DNA from: Escherichia phage vB_EcoM_G4507
Sequence record: NC_054919.1
DNA length: 64,000 nucleotides
Reading direction: 5' to 3' (one strand)
A program made the position numbers and the translations under genes. Shown piece by piece: positions 48,791-64,000 of this stretch (its first letter is position 1; every line of letters starts with the position of its first letter). The notes beneath the pieces are model-generated. The model was not told the DNA's origin and searched no databases. It was given only the letters and a program-made list of their open reading frames with translations.

Positions 48791-51700
48791 CAGTAAAAGC
48801 ACCTTCAGTCACTAGTCTCAGAATTTCCAAGTTATCCGCTAATCAGGTGCAAGTACGCTGGGATGACGTTGGTGCTAATTTCTACTACTTTGTAGAAATC
48901 GCTGAGACAAAATCAAACTCGGGAGAAAATCTCCCGAGTAATCAATATCGTTGGATTAATTTAGGATATACAGCAAATAATAGTTTCTTTTTTGATGATG
49001 CTGATCCACTGACATCATATGTTATTAGAGTAGCTACAGCTGCGCAAGATTTTGAGCAGTCTGATTGGATTTATACCGAAGAGTTTGAAACTTTTGCTAC
49101 AAATGCTTATACATTTCAAAACATGATTGAAATGCAATTAGCCAATAAATTCATTCAGGAAAAATTTACTCTTAATAATTCTGATTATGTTAATTTCAAT
49201 AATGACACAATAATGGCTGCGTTGATGAATGAATCATTTCAGTTCAGCCCATCGTATGCTGATGTCTCATCAATCAGTAATTTTATTATTGGTGAAAACG
49301 AGTATCATGAAATACAAGGTTCTATTCAGCAAGTATGTAAGGATATTAACCGAGTTTATTTGATGGAATCAGAAGGGATTCTATATCTTTTTGAGCGTTA
49401 TCAACCTGTAGTTAAAGTATCCAATGATAAAGGACAAACCTGGAAAGCTGTAAAGCTCTTCAATGACCGTGTAGGATATCCTTTATCTAAGACTGTATAT
49501 TACCAATCTGCAAACACAACATACGTTCTAGGATACGATAAGATTTTCTATGGCCGTAAATCGACTGACGTTAGATGGTCAGCAGATGATGTCAGATTCA
49601 GTTCACAGGATATAACATTTGCTAAATTAGGAGACCAACTTCATTTAGGATTCGATGTTGAAATCTTCGCTACTTATGCGACTTTACCAGCGAATGTATA
49701 CCGTATAGCTGAAGCCATTACTTGTACGGATGATTATATCTATGTTGTTGCCAGAGATAAAGTTAGATATATAAAAACGAGTAATGCACCTATAGATTCT
49801 GACCCGTTATCACCAACATACTCGGAAAGACTTTTTGAACCTGATACAATGACTATAACTGGAAATCCTAAAGCTGTATGCTATAAAATGGATTCTATTG
49901 GTGATAAAGTTTTTGCTCTTATTATTGGTGAAGTTGAAACATTAAATGCCAATCCGAGAACTTCAAAAATAATTGATTCCGCTGATAAAGGAATATATGT
50001 TTTGAATCAAGACACGAAAACATGGAAAAGAGTTTTCGGTAATACCGAAGAAGAAAGAAGACGTATTCAACCTGGATACGCAAACATGTCAACTGATGGT
50101 AAATTAGTTTCTCTGTCTTCGAGTAATTTTAAATTTTTAAGTGATAACGTTGTTAATGACCCTGAAACTGCTGCAAAATACCAGTTAATCGGTGCTGTCA
50201 AATATGAATTTCCTCGCGAATGGTTAGCTGATAAACATTATCATATGATGGCGTTTATAGCGGATGAAAAATCTGATTGGGAGACTTTTACTCCTCAACC
50301 GATGAAATACTACGCAGAACCGTTCTTTAATTGGTCTAAAAAATCTAACACTCGTTGTTGGATAAACAACTCTGATAAAGCTGTTGTAGTTTATGCAGAT
50401 TTGAAATACACCAAAGTTATTGAAAATATTCCAGAAACGTCACCAGATAGATTAGTGCATGAATACTGGGATGATGGCGATTGCACTATAGTAATGCCAA
50501 ATGTTAAATTCACTGGATTTAAAAAATACGCATCAGGAATGCTTTTTTATAAATCTTCTGGTGAAATAATTTCTTATTATGATTTTAACTATCGTGTGAG
50601 AGATACAGTAGAAATTATTTGGAAGCCGACTGAAGTATTTTTAAAAGCATTTTTACAAAACCAAGAGCGTGAAACTCCTTGGTCACCAGAAGAAGAACGT
50701 GGATTAGCTGACCCTGATTTAAGACCATTAATTGGCACAATGATGCCTGATTCTTATTTGTTACAAGATTCTAATTTTGAGGCATTTTGCGAAGCATATA
50801 TTCAGTATCTTTCTGATGGATATGGAACTCAGTATAACAATTTACGAAATTTAATTCGTAACCAATATCCACGAGAAGAGCATGCGTGGGAATATTTATG
50901 GTCAGAAATATATAAAAGAAACATTTATTTAAATGCTGACAAACGCGATGCTGTTGCAAGATTTTTTGAATCACGTAGCTATGATTTTTATTCTACTAAA
51001 GGAATTGAAGCATCATATAAATTTCTTTTTAAAGTTCTTTATAATGAAGAAGTTGAAATTGAAATTGAATCGGGAGCAGGTACTGAATATGATGTAATCA
51101 TTCAATCTGATTCTCTTACAGAAGATTTAGTAGGACAAACTATCTATACTGCAACTGGAAGATGTAATGTTACTTATATAGAAAGAAGTTATTCTAATGG
51201 TAAATTGCAATGGACTGTGACTATACATAATCTTTTGGGGCGGTTAATAGCAGGACAAGAAGTTAAAGCAGAAAGACTTCCGGGCTTTGAAGGTGAAATT
51301 ATTCGTGGGGTTAAAGGAAAAGATTTGCTTCAAAATAATATAGACTATATTAATAGAAGTAGATCATATTATGTAATGAAAATTAAATCCAATTTACCTT
51401 CTTCCCGCTGGAAATCTGACGTTATTCGTTTTGTTCACCCAGTAGGATTTGGATTTATAGCAATCACGCTTTTAACTATGTTTATTAATGTCGGTTTAAC
51501 TCTTAAACACACAGAGACAATAATTAATAAATATAAAAACTATAAATGGGATTCTGGATTGCCTACTGAATATGCTGATAGAGTAGCTAAATTGACTCCA
51601 ACTGGTGAAATTGAGCATGATTCGGTAACAGGCGAAGCAATTTATGAGCCTGGCCCAATGGCTGGTGTAGAATATCCTCTTCCTGATGACTATAATGCTG

Positions 51701-51885
51701 AAAATAACAATTCAATATTTCAAGGTCAATTGCCGTCTGAACGACGTAAATTAATGAGTCCTTTATTTGATGCATCTGGAACAACATTTGCGCAATTTAG
51801 AGATTTAGTTAATAAACGTCTAAAAGATAATATAGGAAATCCAAGAGACCCTGAAAATCCAACACAGGTTAAAATAGATGAATGA
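48787..51885 (+). CDS. 7: Baseplate wedge protein gp7
   Basis: 1032 aa, T4 gp7 length; ATGA overlap with gp6. Confidence 0.85.
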   Translation: MTVKAPSVTSLRISKLSANQVQVRWDDVGANFYYFVEIAETKSNSGENLPSNQYRWINLGYTANNSFFFDDADPLTSYVIRVATAAQDFEQSDWIYTEEFETFATNAYTFQNMIEMQLANKFIQEKFTLNNSDYVNFNNDTIMAALMNESFQFSPSYADVSSISNFIIGENEYHEIQGSIQQVCKDINRVYLMESEGILYLFERYQPVVKVSNDKGQTWKAVKLFNDRVGYPLSKTVYYQSANTTYVLGYDKIFYGRKSTDVRWSADDVRFSSQDITFAKLGDQLHLGFDVEIFATYATLPANVYRIAEAITCTDDYIYVVARDKVRYIKTSNAPIDSDPLSPTYSERLFEPDTMTITGNPKAVCYKMDSIGDKVFALIIGEVETLNANPRTSKIIDSADKGIYVLNQDTKTWKRVFGNTEEERRRIQPGYANMSTDGKLVSLSSSNFKFLSDNVVNDPETAAKYQLIGAVKYEFPREWLADKHYHMMAFIADEKSDWETFTPQPMKYYAEPFFNWSKKSNTRCWINNSDKAVVVYADLKYTKVIENIPETSPDRLVHEYWDDGDCTIVMPNVKFTGFKKYASGMLFYKSSGEIISYYDFNYRVRDTVEIIWKPTEVFLKAFLQNQERETPWSPEEERGLADPDLRPLIGTMMPDSYLLQDSNFEAFCEAYIQYLSDGYGTQYNNLRNLIRNQYPREEHAWEYLWSEIYKRNIYLNADKRDAVARFFESRSYDFYSTKGIEASYKFLFKVLYNEEVEIEIESGAGTEYDVIIQSDSLTEDLVGQTIYTATGRCNVTYIERSYSNGKLQWTVTIHNLLGRLIAGQEVKAERLPGFEGEIIRGVKGKDLLQNNIDYINRSRSYYVMKIKSNLPSSRWKSDVIRFVHPVGFGFIAITLLTMFINVGLTLKHTETIINKYKNYKWDSGLPTEYADRVAKLTPTGEIEHDSVTGEAIYEPGPMAGVEYPLPDDYNAENNNSIFQGQLPSERRKLMSPLFDASGTTFAQFRDLVNKRLKDNIGNPRDPENPTQVKIDE

Positions 51886-52882
51886 TTCAAGTGTTATCTA
51901 TCGTGCGATAGTTACTTCAAAATTTAGAACAGAAAAAATGTTGAATTTTTATAATTCAATTGGAAGTGGTCCGGATAAAAACACTATCTTTATCACATTT
52001 GGAAGATCAGAACCGTGGTCATCAAATGAAAATGAGGTGGGCTTTGCCCCACCTTATCCTACCGATTCTGTATTAGGTGTAACTGACATGTGGACTCATA
52101 TGATGGGAACAGTAAAAGTTCTTCCATCAATGCTTGATGCAGTTATTCCTCGTCGAGATTGGGGAGATACTAGATATCCGGATCCATACACATTTAGAAT
52201 TAACGATATTGTAGTGTGTAACTCAGCTCCTTACAACGCTACTGAATCAGGCGCGGGATGGTTAGTGTATCGCTGTTTAGATGTTCCTGATACTGGAATG
52301 TGCTCAATAGCATCTTTAACTAATAAGGATGAATGCCTTAAGTTAGGTGGAAAATGGACTCCTTCTGCTAGGTCAATGACTCCTCCTGAAGGTCGAGGAG
52401 ATGCTGAAGGAACAATTGAACCTGGGGATGGATATGTTTGGGAATATTTATTTGAGATTCCGCCTGATGTATCTATAAATAGATGTACGAATGAATACAT
52501 CGTGGTTCCTTGGCCTGAGGAATTAAAAGAAGACCCGACTAGATGGGGGTATGAAGATAATCTCACTTGGCAACAAGATGATTTTGGATTAATTTACCGT
52601 GTTAAGGCAAATACTATCCGTTTTAAAGCATATTTAGATTCAGTTTATTTTCCTGAAGCTGCATTGCCGGGAAATAAAGGATTTAGACAAATATCAATAA
52701 TTACGAATCCTCTTGAAGCTAAAGCTCATCCAAATGACCCAAATGTTAAAGCTGAAAAGGATTATTATGATCCGGAAGATTTAATGAGGCATTCGGGCGA
52801 AATGATTTATATGGAAAATAGGCCACCTATTATTATGGCAATGGATCAGACAGAAGAAATCAATATTCTGTTTACATTTTAA
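51878..52882 (+). CDS. 8: Baseplate wedge protein gp8
   Basis: 334 aa, T4 gp8 length; terminator hairpin downstream. Confidence 0.85.
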   Translation: MNDSSVIYRAIVTSKFRTEKMLNFYNSIGSGPDKNTIFITFGRSEPWSSNENEVGFAPPYPTDSVLGVTDMWTHMMGTVKVLPSMLDAVIPRRDWGDTRYPDPYTFRINDIVVCNSAPYNATESGAGWLVYRCLDVPDTGMCSIASLTNKDECLKLGGKWTPSARSMTPPEGRGDAEGTIEPGDGYVWEYLFEIPPDVSINRCTNEYIVVPWPEELKEDPTRWGYEDNLTWQQDDFGLIYRVKANTIRFKAYLDSVYFPEAALPGNKGFRQISIITNPLEAKAHPNDPNVKAEKDYYDPEDLMRHSGEMIYMENRPPIIMAMDQTEEINILFTF

Positions 52883-52887
52883 ATTAA

Positions 52888-52910
52888 GGGAGCCCATGGG
52901 CTCCCTTTTT
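52888..52910 (+). terminator. Rho-independent terminator between genes 8 and 9
   Basis: GGGAGCCC-AT-GGGCTCCC perfect inverted repeat followed by TTTTT. Confidence 0.7.
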
Positions 52911-52913
52911 CTT

Positions 52914-52921
52914 TATAAATA
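52914..52921 (+). promoter_or_regulatory. T4 late promoter (TATAAATA) for gene 9
   Basis: TATAAATA 25 nt upstream of gp9 ATG, just after terminator. Confidence 0.6.
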
Positions 52922-52945
52922 CTATAAACTCATAAGGAAACCGCT

Positions 52946-53812
52946 ATGTTCATTCAAGAACCAAAGAAATTGATTGATACCGGCGAAATTGGTAACGCTT
53001 CTACTGGTGATATCTTATTCGACGGTGGTAATAAAATTAATAGTGATTTTAACGCAATTTATAACGCGTTTGGCGATCAACGTAAAATGGCAGTAGCAAA
53101 TGGCACTGGAGCAGATGGTCAAATTATCCATGCTACTGGATATTATCAAAAACACTCTATTGCAGAGTATGCAACTCCAGTAAAAGTTGGCACTAGGCAT
53201 GATATTGATACCTCTACTGTAGGTGTTAAAGTTATCATTGAAAGAGGCGAACTTGGCGACTGCGTTGAATTTATTAACTCAAATGGATCAATATCAGTTA
53301 CTAATCCTTTAACGATTCAAGCTATTGATTCAATTAAAGGCGTTTCAGGTAATTTAGTAGTAACTAGTCCATATAGTAAAGTTACCTTACGTTGTATTTC
53401 ATCTGATAATTCTACGTCGGTTTGGAATTATTCTATTGAAAGTATGTTTGGTCAAAAGGAATCACCTGCTGAAGGTACATGGAATATTTCTACATCTGGA
53501 TCAGTTGACATTCCACTATTTCATCGCACTGAATACAATATGGCTAAATTGCTAGTTACGTGCCAATCAGTAGATGGAAGAAAAATTAAAACAGCAGAAA
53601 TAAATATTCTTGTGGATACTGTTAATTCAGAAGTTATTTCTTCTGAGTATGCTGTCATGCGAGTTGGAAATGAAACAGAAGAAGACGAAATCGCTAATAT
53701 TGCATTTAGTATTAAAGAAAATTACGTAACGGCGACTATAAGTTCTTCAACTGTCGGTATGAGAGCAGCAGTTAAAGTTATCGCTACGCAGAAAATCGGG
53801 GTGGCTCAATAA
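52946..53812 (+). CDS. 9: Baseplate protein gp9 (long tail fiber socket)
   Basis: 288 aa, T4 gp9 length; late promoter at 52914. Confidence 0.85.
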   Translation: MFIQEPKKLIDTGEIGNASTGDILFDGGNKINSDFNAIYNAFGDQRKMAVANGTGADGQIIHATGYYQKHSIAEYATPVKVGTRHDIDTSTVGVKVIIERGELGDCVEFINSNGSISVTNPLTIQAIDSIKGVSGNLVVTSPYSKVTLRCISSDNSTSVWNYSIESMFGQKESPAEGTWNISTSGSVDIPLFHRTEYNMAKLLVTCQSVDGRKIKTAEINILVDTVNSEVISSEYAVMRVGNETEEDEIANIAFSIKENYVTATISSSTVGMRAAVKVIATQKIGVAQ

Positions 53813-55617
53813 TGAAACAAAATATTAATATCGGTAATGTTGTAGATGATGGTACCGGTGACTACCTGCGTAAAGGTGGTATAAAAATAAATGAAAACTT
53901 TGATGAGCTTTATTATGAACTCGGTGATGGTAATGTTCCATATTCAGCCGGTGCCTGGAAAACTTATAATGCTTCATCTGGGCAAACATTAAAAGCTGAA
54001 TGGGGAAAATCATACGCTATTAATACTTCGTCTGGAAGAGTAACACTGCAACTTCCTAAAGGAACTGTTAATGATTATAATAAAGTAATTAGAGCTAGGG
54101 ATGTATTTGCAACATGGAATGTTAATCCAGTTACTTTAGTAGCCGCTTCTGGTGATACTATCAAAGGATCATCGTCATCGGTTGAAATTAACGTTCAATT
54201 TAGTGATTTAGAGCTAGTTTATTGCGCTCCGGGTCGTTGGGAATATGTCAAAAATAAACAAATTGACAAAATTATTAGTTCAGACATTAGCAATGTAGCT
54301 CGTAAAGAATTTTTAGTCGAAGTTCAAGGACAAACAGACTTTTTAGATATTTTCCATGGAACTAGTTATAATGTTAATAACATCAGAGTAAAACACCGCG
54401 GTAATGAATTGTATTACGGCGATGTTTTTAGCGAAAACAGTGACTTTGGCTCTCCAGGGGAAAATGAAGGAGAATTGGTTCCTCTTGATGGATTTAATAT
54501 TAGATTAAGACAGCCTTGTAATATTGGTGACACTGTTCAAATTGAAACATTTATGGACGGTGTATCGCAGTGGAGAAGTTCATACACAAGACGTCAAATA
54601 AAAGTATTAGATTCAAAATTAACATCAAAAACTTCTTTGGAAGGAAGTATTTACGTTACTGATTTATCGACAATGAAATCAATTCCATTCTCCGCATTTG
54701 GATTAATTCCAGGAGAACCTATTAATCCTAATTCTCTTGAAGTTCGTTTTAATGGAATTTTACAACAACAAGCTGGAACAGCAGGATATCCTCTGTTTTT
54801 ATGTGAAGGCGCTAATTCAGATACACAAGAAGGATGTATATCTCTTGGTGGTGAATGGAAAGAATCAAACACAGATTATTCTATAGAATATGAAGATGGA
54901 AAACCGATCAGTCTTTTATTTGATAGAAAATTTGAATCAGGTGATATAATCGTTATAACATGGTTCAATAATGATTTAGGAACTCTTTTGGAAAAAGATG
55001 ACATTATTGAATTAACTGATGAACGCTATGTTAGCAAAGGATCATCTACTGAAGTTACTGGTGATGTAGCCTTAACTGATTTTGATAAAATCGGTTGGCC
55101 AAATGTTGAAAAAGTTGATTCTTATACTAGAACATATAATTCAATATCATCTATTTTCGATAGCATTTATCCCATTGGTTCAATTTATGAAAATGCTATA
55201 AACCCAAATAATCCGGTGACTTATATGGGATTTGGTTCATGGAAATTATTTGGTAAAGGACAAGTTTTAGTAGGATGGAATGATGATGTTACGGATCCAA
55301 ACTTTGCATTAAATAACAATGATTTAGATTCTAGCGGAAATCCTTCGCATACTGCCGGTGGAACAGTTGGAACAACATCAGTGACACTTGAGAACGCAAA
55401 TCTTCCTGCAACTAAAACTGATGAAAAAGTTTTAATTGAAGATGAAAACGGATCAGTTATTATTGGAGGTTGCCAATATGACCCAGATGAAACTGGTCCT
55501 ATATATACAAAATATCGTGAAGACTACGCAACAACAAACTCTTCACATACTCCTCCTGCTAATATTAGTAATATTCAACCGTCTATTACTGTATACCGTT
55601 GGATAAGGATTGCATAA
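53812..55617 (+). CDS. 10: Baseplate wedge protein gp10
   Basis: 601 aa (T4 602); synteny. Confidence 0.85.
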   Translation: MKQNINIGNVVDDGTGDYLRKGGIKINENFDELYYELGDGNVPYSAGAWKTYNASSGQTLKAEWGKSYAINTSSGRVTLQLPKGTVNDYNKVIRARDVFATWNVNPVTLVAASGDTIKGSSSSVEINVQFSDLELVYCAPGRWEYVKNKQIDKIISSDISNVARKEFLVEVQGQTDFLDIFHGTSYNVNNIRVKHRGNELYYGDVFSENSDFGSPGENEGELVPLDGFNIRLRQPCNIGDTVQIETFMDGVSQWRSSYTRRQIKVLDSKLTSKTSLEGSIYVTDLSTMKSIPFSAFGLIPGEPINPNSLEVRFNGILQQQAGTAGYPLFLCEGANSDTQEGCISLGGEWKESNTDYSIEYEDGKPISLLFDRKFESGDIIVITWFNNDLGTLLEKDDIIELTDERYVSKGSSTEVTGDVALTDFDKIGWPNVEKVDSYTRTYNSISSIFDSIYPIGSIYENAINPNNPVTYMGFGSWKLFGKGQVLVGWNDDVTDPNFALNNNDLDSSGNPSHTAGGTVGTTSVTLENANLPATKTDEKVLIEDENGSVIIGGCQYDPDETGPIYTKYREDYATTNSSHTPPANISNIQPSITVYRWIRIA

Positions 55618-56276
55618 TGAGTTTACTTAATAATAAAGCGGGAGTTATTTCCCGCTTAGCAGATTTTCTTGGTTTTAGAACTAAGAAAAATGATATTTCG
55701 GTTATGAATAATCAGCCAGTAGGTGCTGTAACAATTTCACAAATAGCAAAAGGTTTTTATGACCCAAATGTAGAATCTGCTATCAATGATGTTAGAAATA
55801 TGGCAGAGCAACAGGTTGGAGCTGTATTAGTTAATATAAGTGGCGTATCTCCTACTGGCGTGCAGCAAACAGACTATTGGTCATTTGAAGGAACTGTTAC
55901 TGATACTTCAGCCAAACCAGGTGACCCAGTTATTGTTAATATGTTTGGCATTCCTGTTAAAGCTACTAATGGAATGACTTCAATCGAATTTACCAGTGCC
56001 GTTAGAACAGCTCTACAGGAAATGGTTGCAAAATTTATTGCAATTGATTCATTTGAAGACCATCCTACCATAGGAAATAAAATACAAGTTAAGTATTTAG
56101 ATAACCAAGAACATATCTTAGAACAATACTCTGATAAAGGAATTACTTTCAAACAGGAAATAATTTCTCCTTCTAAACCTGGGTATGGAACTTGGCAATT
56201 ATTAGGTGCGCAAACTGTTACGCTAGATAGTCACACCCAACCTACAGTATTTTATTATTTTGAGAGAATAGCATGA
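55617..56276 (+). CDS. 11: Baseplate wedge protein gp11
   Basis: ATG at 55617 overlapping gp10 stop gives 219 aa, T4 gp11 length. Confidence 0.8.
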   Translation: MSLLNNKAGVISRLADFLGFRTKKNDISVMNNQPVGAVTISQIAKGFYDPNVESAINDVRNMAEQQVGAVLVNISGVSPTGVQQTDYWSFEGTVTDTSAKPGDPVIVNMFGIPVKATNGMTSIEFTSAVRTALQEMVAKFIAIDSFEDHPTIGNKIQVKYLDNQEHILEQYSDKGITFKQEIISPSKPGYGTWQLLGAQTVTLDSHTQPTVFYYFERIA

Positions 56277-57823
56277 GTAACAATACATATCAGCACGTAT
56301 CAAATGAATCAAAATACGTTAAATTCGATCCTGTAGGATCGAATTTTCCTGACACTGTCACGACAGTGCAGTCAGCATTATCAAAAATAAGTAATATCGG
56401 CGTAAATGGTATTCCTGATGCAACTATGGAAGTTAAAGGAATAGCAATGATTGCATCGGAGCAAGAGGTTTTAGATGGAACTAATAATTCTAAAATCGTT
56501 ACACCAGCTACATTAGCAACAAGATTATTGTATCCAAATGCTACTGAAACTAAATATGGATTAACACGCTATTCAACAAATGAAGAAACTTTAGAAGGCT
56601 CAGATAATAATTCATCAATAACGCCACAAAAACTGAAATACCATACTGACGATGTATTCCAAAATAGGTATTCATCTGAATCATCAAATGGAGTTATTAA
56701 AATATCATCTACTCCTGCGGCTTTGGCTGGAGTTGATGATACTACGGCGATGACTCCGTTGAAAACCCAAAAACTCGCAATAAAATTAATTTCGCAAATA
56801 GCTCCTTCAGAAGACACAGCATCAGAATCTGTTAGAGGTGTAGTTCAGTTATCAACTGTCGCTCAAACTCGTCAAGGAACTCTCCGCGAAGGATATGCAA
56901 TTTCTCCGTATACCTTTATGAATTCTGTTGCAACACAAGAATATAAGGGTGTTATACGTTTAGGAACACAATCAGAAATTAACAGTAATTTGGGAGATGT
57001 TGCAGTAACAGGTGAAACATTAAATGGTCGAGGAGCTACCGGTTCTATGCGTGGGGTAGTAAAATTAACGACGCAAGCCGGTATTGCCCCTGAAGGTGAT
57101 AGCTCTGGAGCATTAGCATGGAACGCAGATGTAATTAATACTCGCGGTGGACAAACTATTAATGGTTCTTTAAATTTAGATCATTTAACAGCAAATGGAA
57201 TTTGGTCGCGCGGCGGAATGTGGAAAAATGGCGATCAACCTGTTGCCACTGAAAGATATGCGTCCGAAAGGGTTCCAGTTGGAACTATTATGATGTTTGC
57301 TGGAGATTCAGCTCCTCCTGGTTGGATTATGTGCCACGGCGGAACCGTGTCAGGAGATCAATATCCTGATTATAGAAACACAGTTGGAACGAGATTTGGT
57401 GGCGATTGGAATAATCCTGGCATTCCTGATATGCGAGGTCTTTTCGTCAGAGGAGCTGGTACTGGTGGTCATATTTTAAATCAACGAGGGCAAGATGGTT
57501 ACGGGAAGGATAGACTTGGTGTAGGATGTGACGGAATGCATGTTGGCGGTGTTCAAGCACAACAGATGTCATACCATAAACATGCTGGTGGTTGGGGAGA
57601 ATACCAAAGACATGAAGCTCCATTTGGCGCGTCCGTTTATCAAGGATATCTTGGAACTAGAAAATATGCCGACTGGGATAATGCTTCATACTTCACTAAT
57701 GATGGATTTGAATTAGGTGGACCGAGAGATGCCCTTGGTACACTTAATCGTGAAGGATTAATTGGTTATGAAACTAGACCATGGAATATATCATTAAACT
57801 ATATTATTAAAATTCATTACTAA
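56273..57823 (+). CDS. 12: Short tail fiber protein gp12
   Basis: 516 aa (T4 527); synteny between 11 and wac. Confidence 0.8.
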   Translation: MSNNTYQHVSNESKYVKFDPVGSNFPDTVTTVQSALSKISNIGVNGIPDATMEVKGIAMIASEQEVLDGTNNSKIVTPATLATRLLYPNATETKYGLTRYSTNEETLEGSDNNSSITPQKLKYHTDDVFQNRYSSESSNGVIKISSTPAALAGVDDTTAMTPLKTQKLAIKLISQIAPSEDTASESVRGVVQLSTVAQTRQGTLREGYAISPYTFMNSVATQEYKGVIRLGTQSEINSNLGDVAVTGETLNGRGATGSMRGVVKLTTQAGIAPEGDSSGALAWNADVINTRGGQTINGSLNLDHLTANGIWSRGGMWKNGDQPVATERYASERVPVGTIMMFAGDSAPPGWIMCHGGTVSGDQYPDYRNTVGTRFGGDWNNPGIPDMRGLFVRGAGTGGHILNQRGQDGYGKDRLGVGCDGMHVGGVQAQQMSYHKHAGGWGEYQRHEAPFGASVYQGYLGTRKYADWDNASYFTNDGFELGGPRDALGTLNREGLIGYETRPWNISLNYIIKIHY

Positions 57824-57832
57824 GGATTACAA

Positions 57833-59290
57833 ATGATTGAATTAAAAGATTTACCTTTTGTTGATAGCGTTCCTGACGAAGGTCAGGAGCGTATTTCATG
57901 GATTAAAAATGGTGAAGAAATACTAGGAGCTAGTACTAAGTATGGAAACGATGGATCAATGAATAGACCAACTGTGTCCGTATTTAAAAATGTTGAGGTT
58001 CTTGATGAAAATATAGGAATTCTTAAAACTGCCGTTGAAACATCACAGGAAGATATTAAAACAATTCAAGGCATTTTGGATGTATCTGGAGATATCGAAG
58101 CACTATCACAGATTAGCGTTAATAAAAATGACATATCAAATTTAAAGACGCTTACGAATGAACACACTGATATATTAAATGGTACAAATGCCACTGTTGA
58201 CCGCATTCTTTCTGATATAGGTCCATTTAATGAACATGCAAATTCAGTTTATAGAACAGTTCGAAATGATTTGTTATGGATTAAAAGAGAATTAGGGCAA
58301 TATGCTGGACAAGATATTAATGGTCTTCCTGTTGTAGGAAATAGCAGCACGGGTATGAAGCACCGTATCATTAATAATACAGATGCTATAACTTCCCAAG
58401 GAATACGTCTAAGTGATTTGGAAGAAAAATTTATTGAATCTGATGTAGGTTCACTGACAATTGAAGTTGGAAATCTTAGACAAGAACTTGGACAAAGACC
58501 ATCTTCATTTAGTGAAAGCATATATTCACGTATGCATAATTTAGATCAATCGCAGATTAATCTTAGTTCCGAAATTAAATCTATCAAAACTTCTATTGGA
58601 TATCCAGGAAATACTTCAATAATCACAGATGTCAATGTCAATAGTCAAGAAATTTCAGCTTTAAATGATGAACTAAATAAAAGTGGCGGCGTTAAACAGC
58701 GATTAACTGTTATTGAAACATCGATTGGTTCAGATGATATTCCTTCTAGTATTAAAGGTCAAATTAAAGATAATACCACTTCTATTGAATCTTTAAATGG
58801 AATTGTAGGTGAAAACACCTCGTCCGGTTTAAGAGCTAACGTTTCATGGCTAAATCAGATAGTTGGAACTGATTCTAGCGGAGGTCAACCTTCTCCTCCG
58901 GGGTCTCTTTTAAATAGAGTTTCAACAGTTGAAACCTCTGTTAATAGACTTAACAATGATGTTCAAAACTTACAGGTTGAAATTGGTAATAACAATTCCG
59001 GAATTAAAGGGCAAGTTGTAACATTAAATAAATTAGTAAATGGAACAAATCCGAATGGTTCAACTGTCGAAGAACGCGGATTGACTAATTCAATAAAAGC
59101 TAATGAGACTAACATTTCTTCAATTAATCAAGAGATTCGTAGTATTAAAGGTAATGTGTCCTCATTACAGAGGGATGTCCAGACTTTACAAGAAGCTGGT
59201 TATATTCCTGAAGCTCCAAAAGATGGTCAAGCTTACGTTCGTAAAGACGGCGAATGGGTATTGCTTTCTACCTTTTTATCACCAGCATAA
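57833..59290 (+). CDS. wac: Fibritin (whiskers)
   Basis: 485 aa; coiled-coil repeats; C-terminal foldon [27 protein letters not shown]. Confidence 0.9.
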   Translation: MIELKDLPFVDSVPDEGQERISWIKNGEEILGASTKYGNDGSMNRPTVSVFKNVEVLDENIGILKTAVETSQEDIKTIQGILDVSGDIEALSQISVNKNDISNLKTLTNEHTDILNGTNATVDRILSDIGPFNEHANSVYRTVRNDLLWIKRELGQYAGQDINGLPVVGNSSTGMKHRIINNTDAITSQGIRLSDLEEKFIESDVGSLTIEVGNLRQELGQRPSSFSESIYSRMHNLDQSQINLSSEIKSIKTSIGYPGNTSIITDVNVNSQEISALNDELNKSGGVKQRLTVIETSIGSDDIPSSIKGQIKDNTTSIESLNGIVGENTSSGLRANVSWLNQIVGTDSSGGQPSPPGSLLNRVSTVETSVNRLNNDVQNLQVEIGNNNSGIKGQVVTLNKLVNGTNPNGSTVEERGLTNSIKANETNISSINQEIRSIKGNVSSLQRDVQTLQEAGYIPEAPKDGQAYVRKDGEWVLLSTFLSPA

Positions 59291-59294
59291 CATG

Positions 59295-59308
59295 GGGCCG
59301 CAAGGCCC
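59295..59308 (+). terminator. GC hairpin between wac and gene 13 (possible terminator / processing site)
   Basis: GGGCC-GCAA-GGCCC; no strong T-run. Confidence 0.35.
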
Positions 59309-59321
59309 TAAAGGATTTTAA

Positions 59322-61023
<1,702 letters not shown>

Positions 61024-61064
61024 TAAATATTATAAACTAATTAAAGCCCAGATTAGGAGAAATC

Positions 61065-64000
<2,936 letters not shown>

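Noticed and set aside
44237-58521. Minus-strand ORFs inside the late plus-strand operon (e.g. 44237-44431, 46515-46733, 48316-48513, 52231-52566, 55874-56152, 58249-58521)
   Set aside because: They lie antisense within long, well-supported structural genes; they are shadow ORFs.

Overview
This window is a segment of a T4-like (T-even, Tequatrovirus-type) bacteriophage genome, collinear with the T4 map from gene 46 through gene 17. Positions 1-43450 are a densely tiled minus-strand block of early/middle genes (46, 47, a-gt, 55, nrdH/G/D, 49, pin, nrdC plus 11 downstream ORFs, rI, tk, regB, e, nudE, a tRNA cluster, internal proteins, 57B/57A, 1, 3, 2, 4). Positions 43498-64000 are the plus-strand late morphogenesis block (53, 5, 5.1, 5.4, 6-12, wac, 13-16, start of 17). 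Protein identities rest on recalled T4 sequences, product lengths, motifs and synteny; no database search was run. It is close to T4 but not identical: lysozyme differs at a few residues, nrdD has no intron, and the tRNA cluster has 11 genes. The most striking unexplained structure is not biological: an Illumina Nextera i7 index-primer sequence with flanking poly-T runs and a 55-bp duplication sits inside gene 5 (44638-44814) and splits it into two ORFs. I found no convincing evidence for a new biological system. The findings are accessory or variable loci and possible sequence errors that deserve a second look. Many ORF-track starts are alternative start codons (TTG/GTG) with spurious N-terminal extensions; I moved starts only where an in-frame ATG with a Shine-Dalgarno (SD) motif was read directly. 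Coordinates of small motifs and tRNAs are read by eye and may be off by 1-2 nt.
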